Shown piece after piece: positions 29,568-39,287 of a stretch of DNA of 64,000 nucleotides. The stretch's first letter is position 1. Each line of letters starts with the position of its first letter. Origin of the DNA: Candidatus Altiarchaeota archaeon (lineage in GTDB: Archaea; Altiarchaeota; Altiarchaeia; IMC4; SCGC-AAA252-I15); contig JAZDNF010000010.1 of assembly GCA_043800255.1 (NCBI GenBank), positions 32,001 to 96,000 of the forward strand. The letters run 5' to 3'. The notes beneath the pieces are model-generated. The model saw only the letters and a list, made by a program, of their open reading frames with translations, did no database searches and was not told the origin of the DNA. A program made the position numbers and the translations under genes.

Positions 29568-30277
29568 CGGGAACCAAGGTCGTAAAGTTGAAGCTGGATG
29601 GTAGTGGGAAATCAAAAGAGCTGCCCAGTCTCATGGACGGTGTCGTAGAGAAGGCCGCGGCTATTGTAGGCGAGCTTGAGCCTCTTGTGGGAGGGTGGAA
29701 TCACGTATACGAGCACATAGAAGAAAAAACAAGGCGCATGCATGTCACGCCAAAGCAGTTGCAGGATATGATAGAGATCGGCGAACACCAATACTTGATA
29801 GAGATCGGCGAACACCCATACTCTGAGGTTGAAAAATACAGTTGGAAGATGGGACTCCTCGTGTCCGCATTAATTAACAGTTCCCCCCACGACAACTTCA
29901 CAGTGAAGACTGAGATACCCTTATGCTATCTGGGCTACCGCCTGAAAGAGGGGAAGAAGATTACCGTGGAAAGTAAGGTTGACGAATCTGTTGGCAGGGA
30001 GAACATGGGCGGCCATATTCACGTGAAAAAAAATGCCGGCTGGTATGCCGGCGCCGATATGAGAACAGGGCTGCTGGAAATAGACGGAGATGCCGGGCGT
30101 GCGACAGGCGCCCGGATGAAAGGCGGGGAACTGCACGTCAAAGGAGACACTGAATTTGACACGGCAGTAGAGATGGAGGGGGGAAAACTCATAATAGATG
30201 GGAAAGCGATGGGCGCAGGACATAGTATAAAAGGCGGAGAAATCTGGGAAGCCGGGAAAAAGGTGTTCTCAAGATGA
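29564..30277 (+). CDS. Array paralog 33 (237 aa)
   Basis: Leader, MGLLVSALINSS; internal 9-aa duplication. Confidence 0.9.
   Translation: MTGTKVVKLKLDGSGKSKELPSLMDGVVEKAAAIVGELEPLVGGWNHVYEHIEEKTRRMHVTPKQLQDMIEIGEHQYLIEIGEHPYSEVEKYSWKMGLLVSALINSSPHDNFTVKTEIPLCYLGYRLKEGKKITVESKVDESVGRENMGGHIHVKKNAGWYAGADMRTGLLEIDGDAGRATGARMKGGELHVKGDTEFDTAVEMEGGKLIIDGKAMGAGHSIKGGEIWEAGKKVFSR
29769..29822 (+). repeat. 27-bp tandem duplication (2 units, 1 mismatch)
   Basis: TGATAGAGATCGGCGAACACC(A/C)ATACT x2, in frame. Confidence 0.9.
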
Positions 30278-31140
30278 CAGGCACGAAAGTCGTAAAGCTG
30301 AAGTTGGAAGACGGTGGCGCTGAGAGGCTCCCGCATCTGAAGGAGTCTGCTGTCAGTAAATCGTTGGAAGTTTACAAAAAAACCGAGAACATGAGCCTGT
30401 CTGATCACATGCTTATGCTAGATTATCATGAGACAGTGTCTAAGGAATCAAAAGGTTTGGATTTAACTTCAGCAGAGATTCAGGAACTATCTGATCTGCT
30501 TGAGGATAGTGCTTCAGTAGGTTTATCCCACCCGTTTAGACGTGGGATATTCCTGTCAGCTCTGATACAAAGTTCCAGTCAAAAAAAATTCAGACTAAAA
30601 ACCAAAACCCTCTTGCATTGCATTGGATACATGTTGAATGATAAAGAAAAGAAGATTACTGTGGAAGGCGATGCCGGAGATTACACTGGACAGCATATGA
30701 ATGCAGGACAAGTTAGCATTACAGGAAATGCAGGCGATTTTACCGGCTGGAGCATGAGTGGTGGCTCGATAAAAATCGAAAAAGACGCCCGAAATAATCT
30801 CGCAGCATTTATGAGTAATGGTATCATACTCGTAAAAGGAAACGCAAGAGACTACGCCGGGCAGGAGATGGTGGGAGGCAGACTACATATTGGAGGAACA
30901 GCAAGAAACTACCTAGGCAATTCCGTAAAATCAAATGCTACAATACGGGTTGAAAAGGACATAGGAGATCATGCCGCGCTTATGATGAGCGGGGGGACCA
31001 TCGAGGTCAAAGGAAAAGCCGGGAAATATCTTGGATCACATATGGTTGGCGGCACAGTAAAGGTGGCAAAAGGAATCGAGGAGATCAGCAAAGACTTCCA
31101 AGACGGGAGCATACAAGAAAAAGGAGAGTGGGTGAGATAA
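30274..31140 (+). CDS. Array paralog 34 (288 aa)
   Basis: Leader, RGIFLSALIQSS, Gly coils; ends in a TAATG overlap. Confidence 0.9.
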   Translation: MTGTKVVKLKLEDGGAERLPHLKESAVSKSLEVYKKTENMSLSDHMLMLDYHETVSKESKGLDLTSAEIQELSDLLEDSASVGLSHPFRRGIFLSALIQSSSQKKFRLKTKTLLHCIGYMLNDKEKKITVEGDAGDYTGQHMNAGQVSITGNAGDFTGWSMSGGSIKIEKDARNNLAAFMSNGIILVKGNARDYAGQEMVGGRLHIGGTARNYLGNSVKSNATIRVEKDIGDHAALMMSGGTIEVKGKAGKYLGSHMVGGTVKVAKGIEEISKDFQDGSIQEKGEWVR

Positions 31141-32009
31141 TGACCAGCACTAAAGTCGTTAAGTTAAAGTTGGAGGGTGAGGGCGGCGCTGAGAGGCTCC
31201 CGCATCTGAAGGAGGGAAAAATCAAGCAGGCTTTGGAACTGTTTGACAGCATACCCTACCGCGCCCAGGGTGAAACCAATTTCGACTATGAGGGCTATTA
31301 CCGGAAAGTGCTTGAGGGCGCTGAGATGATAAACGCTTCAGAATCGGAAGTCCAGAAGATTCTCGCAGCGTTGGAGGCCAAGCAGTCTGAAATCGGCGGG
31401 TATCCAGAGCATGTCGGAACCTTCATAACCGCGATGATGCAGGGTTCCAAAGCACGGGAGTTCACCCTCAGGCCGGCATACTACCTGCACCATATCGGTG
31501 AGTACCTGCAAGGTGACAAGAAGATCACAGTATTCGGTGACATGGGCACGGTGGCGAGCCGCATGCGCGGCGGCGAGCTGATAATCAAGGGGAACGTCTT
31601 CGATAACTCAGGTGAGAAGATGTCCGGCGGAAAGCTGATAATAGAAGGGCATGCAGGCGGCGACTTGGGGCGTGAGATGGGTGGCGGCCTGATAGAGGCT
31701 GCAGAGGCTCGGGGCAGGCTATTAGGTTGTTACATGTGGGGCGGCACGATCAGGATCAAGGGAGACGCCGGCGACGAGATAGGAGCGAACATGTCGAAAG
31801 GCGAAATATACGTCGGAGGGAACGCTGGCAAAAAACTGGGCTATAAGATGCACGGCGGAAAGATTGTAGTAGATGGGGAAGCTGGATACAATGTGGGCGA
31901 TTTCGCCGACGGCGGGCAGATCATCGTCGGAAAGAAGATAACGTCGCTTGGATTTGTGTGCTCGCAGTGCGAGGTCATAGTAGCAGGAGAGAAGGTGGCG
32001 CCAAAGTGA
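31140..32009 (+). CDS. Array paralog 35 (289 aa)
   Basis: MTSTKVVKLKL at 31140 (1-nt overlap); very close to paralog 50. Confidence 0.9.
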   Translation: MTSTKVVKLKLEGEGGAERLPHLKEGKIKQALELFDSIPYRAQGETNFDYEGYYRKVLEGAEMINASESEVQKILAALEAKQSEIGGYPEHVGTFITAMMQGSKAREFTLRPAYYLHHIGEYLQGDKKITVFGDMGTVASRMRGGELIIKGNVFDNSGEKMSGGKLIIEGHAGGDLGREMGGGLIEAAEARGRLLGCYMWGGTIRIKGDAGDEIGANMSKGEIYVGGNAGKKLGYKMHGGKIVVDGEAGYNVGDFADGGQIIVGKKITSLGFVCSQCEVIVAGEKVAPK

Positions 32010-33040
32010 CTGGGACGAAGATTGTTAAACTGAGGTTGGATGATGGGGCTGGCGATAAGTTGCCGAGGCTTAAGGATGATGACATTAATCTGGATTCTGT
32101 AGTAGAGCTGTTCGAGAAGTTGGAGTATACTACCGCCCACGAGGCTGGCTCCTATCATAGGGGCGTGCTCGATGCTACGAAGGACTTGAATGTGTCCCCG
32201 CCGAAACTGCAGGCTCTCCTAGAAACCATAGCGGAGAAACACGGCGGAGAAACCAACTACCGGGACCAGGCCGGCCTGTTCCTGACAGCCCTGATCGAGA
32301 ACTCCAGGCACAGGGAATTCGTGATAAAACCCGGAAAACACCTCTCCTATTTGGGCTACCGTCTGTCAGGAGGCAAGAAAATAGTCGTAGAAGGGAATGT
32401 CGGGTACAATACAGGACAGGAAATGAAAGGAGGGACTGTTATAGTGGAAGGTCATGCGTTTGTCTCCACCGGAGAAAAGATGGAGGCTGGCACGATAATA
32501 ATCAAAGGCGATGTGCAAGGCCACACAGGCGCTGAGATGCGGGGAGGTTGCATAGAAGTCGGAGGCAACGCTACGGACGCATCCACTGGCAGGAGGATGG
32601 AAGGCGGAAGCATCCTAGTCAGAGGGCACACGTCAAAATGGACTGGCTCGCACATGAAAGGCGGCACCATCACAGTCGAAGGAGATGCCGGGCCGAATAC
32701 CGGCGAAGGAATGGAAGGCGGCGTCATAACCGTTGGAAAGGACACAGGATGGTATACTGGCTATCAGATGAAAGACGGGAAAATCATTGTGAACGGCAAT
32801 GCGACAGACTATCTCGGCCGAAACATGGAAGGCGGCACCATAGAGGTGCGATTAGATGCTGGCGGTGATGTCGGCTGGAGCATGAAAGGAGGCACTATCA
32901 AAGTGGGCCGGAATGCTGGGAGAGACTTGGGCGCTTTCATGGAAGCAGGCACCATAGACGTCGCAGGAAAAATCGAAAAAATAAGCAGCCTCTACGAATC
33001 AGGCACGATACTCCAAGCAGGCAACAAGGTGAGAGGATGA
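32006..33040 (+). CDS. Array paralog 36 (344 aa, GTG start)
   Basis: GTGA overlap; AGLFLTALIENS; N-terminal half very close to paralog 54. Confidence 0.9.
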   Translation: MTGTKIVKLRLDDGAGDKLPRLKDDDINLDSVVELFEKLEYTTAHEAGSYHRGVLDATKDLNVSPPKLQALLETIAEKHGGETNYRDQAGLFLTALIENSRHREFVIKPGKHLSYLGYRLSGGKKIVVEGNVGYNTGQEMKGGTVIVEGHAFVSTGEKMEAGTIIIKGDVQGHTGAEMRGGCIEVGGNATDASTGRRMEGGSILVRGHTSKWTGSHMKGGTITVEGDAGPNTGEGMEGGVITVGKDTGWYTGYQMKDGKIIVNGNATDYLGRNMEGGTIEVRLDAGGDVGWSMKGGTIKVGRNAGRDLGAFMEAGTIDVAGKIEKISSLYESGTILQAGNKVRG

Positions 33041-33777
33041 CCGGGACGAAAGTGGTGAAGCTAAAGCTGGAGGACGGCAGCATCAGCGGTAAGCTGCCGC
33101 CGCTGAAGGACAAGTTTATCGGCAGTTTCGTTGAGAAGGCTTCTGATTTGTTTGTGAATGCGAGGCTGCTTGAGTTCCACAACGGCGAATCCAGGATAGC
33201 CTACCAGAAAGCCTACAAGTGGCTGTTGGATGAGACGAAGAATGTGAATGTTAGTCCGGAAGAGCTTCAAGAAATCTTTTCCAGATTGGATCAAAGGTAC
33301 GGCGGCAGCGAGGAGTACAGCTTTGACGCAGGCTTCATCCTGACGGCGCTAGTGCAGAACTCCTCACACAACGATTTCAGGATACGGTCTGCAATAGGCT
33401 ACGACTTTCTGGGTTACAGTCTGAAGAAGGGGAAAAAAATAACCTTTGAAGGGTCGGCAGGGTGCTGGACAGGCCACTCTCTTGACGGCGGAACCCTAAT
33501 AGTGGAAGACAGCGTTAGTTCGTGGGCTGGGTCTGGGATGACCGGCGGATACATTGAAGTCGGAAAAAACGCAGGAGGTTGGCTTGGAGACTCAATGAAA
33601 GGCGGGGAAATCCGCGTGAAAGGAGATTCCGACGCCTACACAGGCGAGCGGATGGAAGGCGGCAAAATCATGGTAGACGGGAAGATAGAGGGAATAAGCA
33701 AAGAATACCGGAGAGGTGAGATCTGGGAAGGCGGAGTCAGGAGACGCCCCCGCCTGAGAGACCGGTTCAGATTGTGA
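33037..33777 (+). CDS. Array paralog 37 (246 aa)
   Basis: Leader, AGFILTALVQNS; Arg-rich extended tail. Confidence 0.9.
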   Translation: MTGTKVVKLKLEDGSISGKLPPLKDKFIGSFVEKASDLFVNARLLEFHNGESRIAYQKAYKWLLDETKNVNVSPEELQEIFSRLDQRYGGSEEYSFDAGFILTALVQNSSHNDFRIRSAIGYDFLGYSLKKGKKITFEGSAGCWTGHSLDGGTLIVEDSVSSWAGSGMTGGYIEVGKNAGGWLGDSMKGGEIRVKGDSDAYTGERMEGGKIMVDGKIEGISKEYRRGEIWEGGVRRRPRLRDRFRL

Positions 33778-33782
33778 GAAGC

Positions 33783-33821
33783 CATTTTTCCGTCTGCACT
33801 GTCCGATATATTACCAAAAAC
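33783..33821 (+). promoter_or_regulatory. Repeated intergenic promoter-like element, copy C
   Basis: CATTTTTCCGTCTGCACTGTCCGATATATTACCAAAAAC-ATG; gapless match to A and B. Confidence 0.6.
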
Positions 33822-34490
33822 ATGACCGGGACAAAAGTCATTAAGTTGAAGTTGGAAGGGAGTACGGCTGATGGCATGTTGCCTAAGTTGAAAGACCCTG
33901 TCGTTGAAAAGGCTCTGAGATTGTACGATAGAATTGGATACATGGAGCAGGGAGGCTTTGAGAGAGTAATCTATGGGGAGATAGGGTACCATGACACCAT
34001 ACTCGAGGAGAGCGGGGGATGGGATTTGAATTCAGGGCAGATACAGGATGTGATAACAGCTTTGGAGCACAGGGAGTTCGGAACGGAAAGGCATGCGTCA
34101 AAGACCGGCCTGTTCGTAAACGCGTTGATGTTAGGCTCAAAGGAAAAAGAATTCAGGATATCAACTTTCACACCGTTAGACTATCTGGGATTCAGGTGGG
34201 AGGAGCCCAAGAAATTAACTGTCGACGGGGACTTGGGAGACCACATCGGAAAACAAATGGAGGTCGGGGAGATAACCGTAAGGGGCAGCATAGGAGATTA
34301 CGGTTGTAAGAGCATGACCGGCGGAGAAATCACGGTGGAAGGTAACGCGGGTTCGTTCACAGGAGACTTCACGAGAGGAGGCATCCTAAAAGTCGGGGGA
34401 AAGATCGCAGGATTTGCAGACCAGTACGGGTGGAGCGGATACTTCTCGCAGGGAGAAATATGGGAATCCGGAAAAAAGGTGAGAGGATGA
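33822..34490 (+). CDS. Array paralog 38 (222 aa)
   Basis: Start moved from 33774 to MTGTK at 33822, after element C; TGLFVNALMLGS. Confidence 0.88.
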   Translation: MTGTKVIKLKLEGSTADGMLPKLKDPVVEKALRLYDRIGYMEQGGFERVIYGEIGYHDTILEESGGWDLNSGQIQDVITALEHREFGTERHASKTGLFVNALMLGSKEKEFRISTFTPLDYLGFRWEEPKKLTVDGDLGDHIGKQMEVGEITVRGSIGDYGCKSMTGGEITVEGNAGSFTGDFTRGGILKVGGKIAGFADQYGWSGYFSQGEIWESGKKVRG

Positions 34491-35116
34491 CTGGCACCAA
34501 AATAGTCAAGCTTAATCTTGACGGCGGTGGAGTGGGTGACCGGCTGCCGAGGCTGAAGGAGGGATTGGTGGAGGAGGCAGTGAGGCTGTTTACTACGGTT
34601 AATTCCAGAGGGGATGTTGATGACGCATTCGACGAGATAGTCAATTGGGCGCGGGGTTCCAACTTCAACTCCGCCTTACTTCAGAGGGTGGTTGACGGAA
34701 TAGAAAAAGAGTATGGTGTGGGTGATATAGCGGTGCAGTACCGGCTTGGGCCGTTCCTGTCAGCATTGATTAACGCTTCAACTGAGACTGACCTCAAAGT
34801 ATCGACTAAGACTCCGCTGGCGATGGCAGGCTACAGGCTGGGCGAAGGAAATAGGCTGACGATAGAGGGTGACGTTGACGATGCAGTTGGGCAGAACCTG
34901 AGAGGCGGCGAAGTCGTCGTCGAAGGCGATGCAGGCAACTTCGTTGGATTAAACGCCAGAGGTGGTAAAATAACCGTCAGAGGAAACGCAGGCAACTTTA
35001 TCGGAAAACACATGGAGAACACAATCATAAACCTGGAAGGCCAGGCTGGCAGCATCGAGACGTCTCCCATCTCAGGAGAAATCTGGCACAGAGGAGAGAG
35101 GGTGTGGCCAAGATGA
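34487..35116 (+). CDS. Array paralog 39 (209 aa)
   Basis: MTGTK at 34487; LGPFLSALINAS. Confidence 0.9.
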   Translation: MTGTKIVKLNLDGGGVGDRLPRLKEGLVEEAVRLFTTVNSRGDVDDAFDEIVNWARGSNFNSALLQRVVDGIEKEYGVGDIAVQYRLGPFLSALINASTETDLKVSTKTPLAMAGYRLGEGNRLTIEGDVDDAVGQNLRGGEVVVEGDAGNFVGLNARGGKITVRGNAGNFIGKHMENTIINLEGQAGSIETSPISGEIWHRGERVWPR

Positions 35117-35910
35117 CAGGAACAAGAGAGAAGATCATTAAACTGAACTTGGAAGGTGATAGCGCAGGCGATAAATTCCCCCCTCTCAAAGAGAATGTGG
35201 CTGAGGCTGCTATGAAACTCTTTGATGAGACGAGACATGAAGGTGAAGGTTTGTTCTACGACCTAAGCCACGACCTCAACTACTATACTCGGGTGTTAGG
35301 TGCGACCAAAAATCTTAATGTGCGCCAGGAACAGTTGAATGCAATCATAGCGGGATTGGAAAACTATAGTGAAAGCGAGAACTGGAGCGCGAAAGCCGGG
35401 CTGTTCCTGACAGCGTTAATACAGAACTCAAAGCAAAAAGAATTCGAAATCAAGATGGAGCGGGGGCCAGCCTTCCTGGGGTTCATGCTCGGCAGAGGGA
35501 AGACAATAACCCTGAAAGGCGACGCTGGAGGTCGAACTGGCATGTCACTGGCAGGCGGCACGCTCAACATAGAAGGAGACGTTGGGATGTATACTGGCCA
35601 GCTTATGGACGCCGGCGTAATAAATGTGACAGGAAACGCAGGCAATTACACGGGAGTCGGGATGAGAAACGGGACAATCAAGATCGGAGGGGACGTTGGG
35701 GAAAACACAGGAAAGGGGATGATAGGCGGTCACATTCACATAAAAGGCAACGCCGGCAGAGGCTTGGGAGACAAGATGAAAGGCGGCGGCATCACAGTCA
35801 ACGGAGAGATGGCGGACCTAGCAGCCAGCGTAGGGGGGATGAAAGATGAGGGCCCGAAACCAGAAGGAGGTCAAATCTGGAACAAGAGGGTAAAAATATG
35901 GGGAAAGTAG
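35113..35910 (+). CDS. Array paralog 40 (265 aa)
   Basis: MTGTREKIIKLNL at 35113; AGLFLTALIQNS. Confidence 0.9.
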   Translation: MTGTREKIIKLNLEGDSAGDKFPPLKENVAEAAMKLFDETRHEGEGLFYDLSHDLNYYTRVLGATKNLNVRQEQLNAIIAGLENYSESENWSAKAGLFLTALIQNSKQKEFEIKMERGPAFLGFMLGRGKTITLKGDAGGRTGMSLAGGTLNIEGDVGMYTGQLMDAGVINVTGNAGNYTGVGMRNGTIKIGGDVGENTGKGMIGGHIHIKGNAGRGLGDKMKGGGITVNGEMADLAASVGGMKDEGPKPEGGQIWNKRVKIWGK

Positions 35911-36620
35911 ATCAAAAGATTGTGAAGTTGAAATTGGAAGGGCATCAGCTGAGCGAGAAGCTTCCCAAGCTTAAGGACCCTGTCATCAGGGAGGCTCTCG
36001 AATTGTACTCTCAACTGCTCTATGATGTGTACGCTTCCACTCCGACGGTAGAGTATCCGGAATATCTGCGTAGGACGGAAGGCTTTAACATGACGCCGGC
36101 GCAGCTGCAGGAGATGCTGGACGTCTGGGAGAAGTCTTCCCAGGATTTTTCCGGGCCAGTCTGGGCCAACGACGCTGTAGGGTGGGCTAAGATGGGAGTG
36201 TTTGCGACCGCCTTGATGCAGAACTCAAAACACAATAATTTCGAGTTCGAGCTGAAGAGAGCGCACCTGCAATACTTAGGCTGTTTTCTGACGCAGGGGA
36301 AGAGCATCAAAGTCAAAGGCGACCTCGGGCAGTGGACCGGCTGGGGGCTGCAGGGAGGGAGAATAGAGGTAGATGGCAATTTATCCTTCTGCACCGGCCA
36401 GAAAATGAAGGCAGGAGAGATCATAGTGAACGGCGACATCTCCAGGATGGGCGCCATAGAAATGGAGGGCGGGCTGATACACGTTAAAGGCGACGCTGAA
36501 GAGTACCTGGGAAATAAGATGAAAGCAGGCAAGGTGATTGTCGACGGAAAGCTCAAAGGAGTGTCTGAAGATTACATCTCCGGAGAAATCTACAACAAAA
36601 ATGTGAGAGTGAAACCATGA
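35898..36620 (+). CDS. Array paralog 41 (240 aa)
   Basis: MGKVDQKIVKLKL variant leader, 13-nt overlap; MGVFATALMQNS. Confidence 0.85.
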   Translation: MGKVDQKIVKLKLEGHQLSEKLPKLKDPVIREALELYSQLLYDVYASTPTVEYPEYLRRTEGFNMTPAQLQEMLDVWEKSSQDFSGPVWANDAVGWAKMGVFATALMQNSKHNNFEFELKRAHLQYLGCFLTQGKSIKVKGDLGQWTGWGLQGGRIEVDGNLSFCTGQKMKAGEIIVNGDISRMGAIEMEGGLIHVKGDAEEYLGNKMKAGKVIVDGKLKGVSEDYISGEIYNKNVRVKP

Positions 36621-37555
36621 CAGGCACAAAGGTCGTTAAATTGAACTTGGAGGGCGGCGGATTGGCTGATCAACTGCCGAAGCTGGCAGGGTTTAATGAT
36701 GCCATTATAGCAGATGCTCATAAAGTGTTCGATCAGACTCCGCATTATGCCTCGCCGTCCGCATATTTCAGGGCGCTTGTCGAAGATACGGGAGGTTTGG
36801 ACGTGCCGTCCAGCCAGATGCAGAGGGTATTGGATAAGTCGTTGGAAAAATACCGGCATACTGGGGAGTATCTCGGCAGGGCAGGGTTTCTAATCTCGGC
36901 TTTGATTCAGAATTCCAGCGACAAGAGGTTCAGGCTGACGGTAAAGGAGCCGTTGCACGTTCTGGGTTACGGACTGGGCAGAGGCAAAGAACTAGTTGTT
37001 GACGGCAATCTGGGAGATTTCACAGGCTCCTACTTGGATGGAGGCCGGGTCATAGTCAACGGTTCAGTCGCCTCCATGGCTGGCGACTGCATGTCCGCCG
37101 GAGAGTTGATCGTCAACGGTGATGTGGGAGAAAGGGCAGGCCTGAGCATGAAAGGCGGGAAAATTGGCGTGAAAGGTAATGCAAGTGATGAACTTGGCGG
37201 GTGGATGGAAGGCGGAATAATAACTGTTGATGGAAACGTTGGAACCGATGCAGGAAAATGGATGAAAGGCGGCGAAGTGCATGTAAACGGCGATGTTGGG
37301 GATAATACTGGCACAGGCATGAACGGAGGAACCCTAAAAGTCGTAGGGAACTCAGGAGACGGGACCGGCTGGAGTATGAACGGCGGGATTATCCTCATCG
37401 GAGGAAATGTCGGGAAGGGCACTGCAGGTTGCGCTAGGGGAGGCACAATCAAAGTCAACGGCAAAATAAAAGAAATAAGCAAATTACTGTCTGAACGCGG
37501 AGAATTCAAAGGGGAAATCTGGGAGGAAGGATTCCAAATCTGGCCGAAAAAATGA
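36617..37555 (+). CDS. Array paralog 42 (312 aa)
   Basis: Leader, AGFLISALIQNS, Gly coils. Confidence 0.9.
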   Translation: MTGTKVVKLNLEGGGLADQLPKLAGFNDAIIADAHKVFDQTPHYASPSAYFRALVEDTGGLDVPSSQMQRVLDKSLEKYRHTGEYLGRAGFLISALIQNSSDKRFRLTVKEPLHVLGYGLGRGKELVVDGNLGDFTGSYLDGGRVIVNGSVASMAGDCMSAGELIVNGDVGERAGLSMKGGKIGVKGNASDELGGWMEGGIITVDGNVGTDAGKWMKGGEVHVNGDVGDNTGTGMNGGTLKVVGNSGDGTGWSMNGGIILIGGNVGKGTAGCARGGTIKVNGKIKEISKLLSERGEFKGEIWEEGFQIWPKK

Positions 37556-38547
37556 CAGGCACGAAGGTTGTTAAACTCAAACTGGAAGACGGCGGCTTGG
37601 GAGACAGGCTCCCGAAGCTGGCGGAAGACCCGCTTGTGAAAGAGGCTGCAGAGTTCTACGATAATTGGGAATACAACATGTTGGTGGCGTCAAGACGATT
37701 CTATGAGGAAACGCTTGAGAAAGCCAAGCAGTGGAATCTCACATCCTCTCAAGTGCAAAGGCTGGTCGAGGGCCTCGAAGGAAAACTCACGCCAGGACAT
37801 GAGGCAGAGTATTCTGAGAAGACCGGCATATTCCTGAGCGCGATAATCCAGGGATCAAGCACCAGCGAATTCGAGTTCAAGACGAGAAGGCCCTTAACCT
37901 ACCTGGGATTCCAGCTCAGGGATGGGAAGAAGATCACCGTACACGGCGATGTGGGGGACAACACCGGCAGGTTCATGGAATCCGGCGAAGTCCGCGTGAA
38001 AGGGAATGCCGGGAGCGAGACGGGGAACTTCATGAAAGGCGGCAAGATAATAGTCGAAGGCGATGCGAAGAACATGACCGGACACCTGATGGAAGCAGGC
38101 GAAATCGATGTCAGAGGCGAAGCCGGAGATCACAGTGGCAGCGAAATGGTGGACGGCACAATACGTGTCGGAAAATCTGCCGGAAAAAACACGGGCGAGA
38201 AGATGAGAGGCGGAAAAATCCATGTCACAGGCGGTGCCGGAGACAGGACAGGCTACGGGATGCAGGACGGGTACATTGAGGTTGGAAGAGATGCCGGCAT
38301 GTTCACAGGCGAGTGGATGGCTGGCGGCAAAATCCACGTCAAAGGCAACGTCAAGGAGGAGACAGGTAAGCGCATGATAAACGGCGAAATCATCGTCGAC
38401 GGCGATGCAGGAGCGTCCGCAGCCTCCATGATGACCGGCGGCAAGATAAGCGTCGGCGGAGACATGGCAGATCTAGCAAGAGACCAGCCATTCAAATACA
38501 TAGGAGTCGGCCAAATCTGGAACAAAGGAAAAAGGATAGCAGGATGA
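37552..38547 (+). CDS. Array paralog 43 (331 aa)
   Basis: Leader, TGIFLSAIIQGS, long coil run. Confidence 0.9.
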   Translation: MTGTKVVKLKLEDGGLGDRLPKLAEDPLVKEAAEFYDNWEYNMLVASRRFYEETLEKAKQWNLTSSQVQRLVEGLEGKLTPGHEAEYSEKTGIFLSAIIQGSSTSEFEFKTRRPLTYLGFQLRDGKKITVHGDVGDNTGRFMESGEVRVKGNAGSETGNFMKGGKIIVEGDAKNMTGHLMEAGEIDVRGEAGDHSGSEMVDGTIRVGKSAGKNTGEKMRGGKIHVTGGAGDRTGYGMQDGYIEVGRDAGMFTGEWMAGGKIHVKGNVKEETGKRMINGEIIVDGDAGASAASMMTGGKISVGGDMADLARDQPFKYIGVGQIWNKGKRIAG

Positions 38548-39287
38548 CAGGCACAAAAGTAGTCAAATTGAAGCTGGAGGATGCTGGTGGCGGGAATCTG
38601 CCAAAATTGAAGGATACAGTGCTTGCTATACTTGAGACCGCTTACAAAAGTTTCGAGCACAAGCCTGAAGACGTCCGCAGTGACCGTTATGCGTTTGCGT
38701 TGGCTTCTCTGGTTGGCGTAGACGCCAACGAGGCGAGGGTCCGGTCCAAGAAGACGTTAATCTCCATGTCCAATGTGAACTGTGATGAGCGGACAATCCA
38801 AGCGTTCATAGACAAATCCCTAATCAGTCATCAGCGTGAGGGAGAGTTTCAGGGCAAGGCAGGTATTTTCTTAAACGCGCTGATAAGCACCTCTCCAGAG
38901 GAAAAGCTCACATTAGATCTCAGAAAGCTGAAGAGGATGAATAACCTTTGCTCATTCATGGAGGATAAGGACGTTACGCTGATAGGGGATGTCGGCGACT
39001 GGACTGCCTATGCGGCGTGGTCTGGGAAGGTTACAATCAAAGGCAACGCCGGGAACGGAACAGGGTGTGCGCTTATTGGCGCCACAGTCATAGTGGAAGG
39101 GGATGCTGGAGACGATACCGCCCGTAGTGCGGAAGGTGGCGAAATCCACATCAAAGGAGATTGCGGAATGCATACTGGGGAGTTCATGAAAGGCGGTAAA
39201 CTACTGGTGAATGGCAAAATAGCGGAACTAAGCGATAAAATCAAAGGCGGCGAAGTCTGGCAGGGAAAGACGAGGATATACCCATGA
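38544..39287 (+). CDS. Array paralog 44 (247 aa)
   Basis: Leader, longer helical domain, AGIFLNALISTS. Confidence 0.9.
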   Translation: MTGTKVVKLKLEDAGGGNLPKLKDTVLAILETAYKSFEHKPEDVRSDRYAFALASLVGVDANEARVRSKKTLISMSNVNCDERTIQAFIDKSLISHQREGEFQGKAGIFLNALISTSPEEKLTLDLRKLKRMNNLCSFMEDKDVTLIGDVGDWTAYAAWSGKVTIKGNAGNGTGCALIGATVIVEGDAGDDTARSAEGGEIHIKGDCGMHTGEFMKGGKLLVNGKIAELSDKIKGGEVWQGKTRIYP

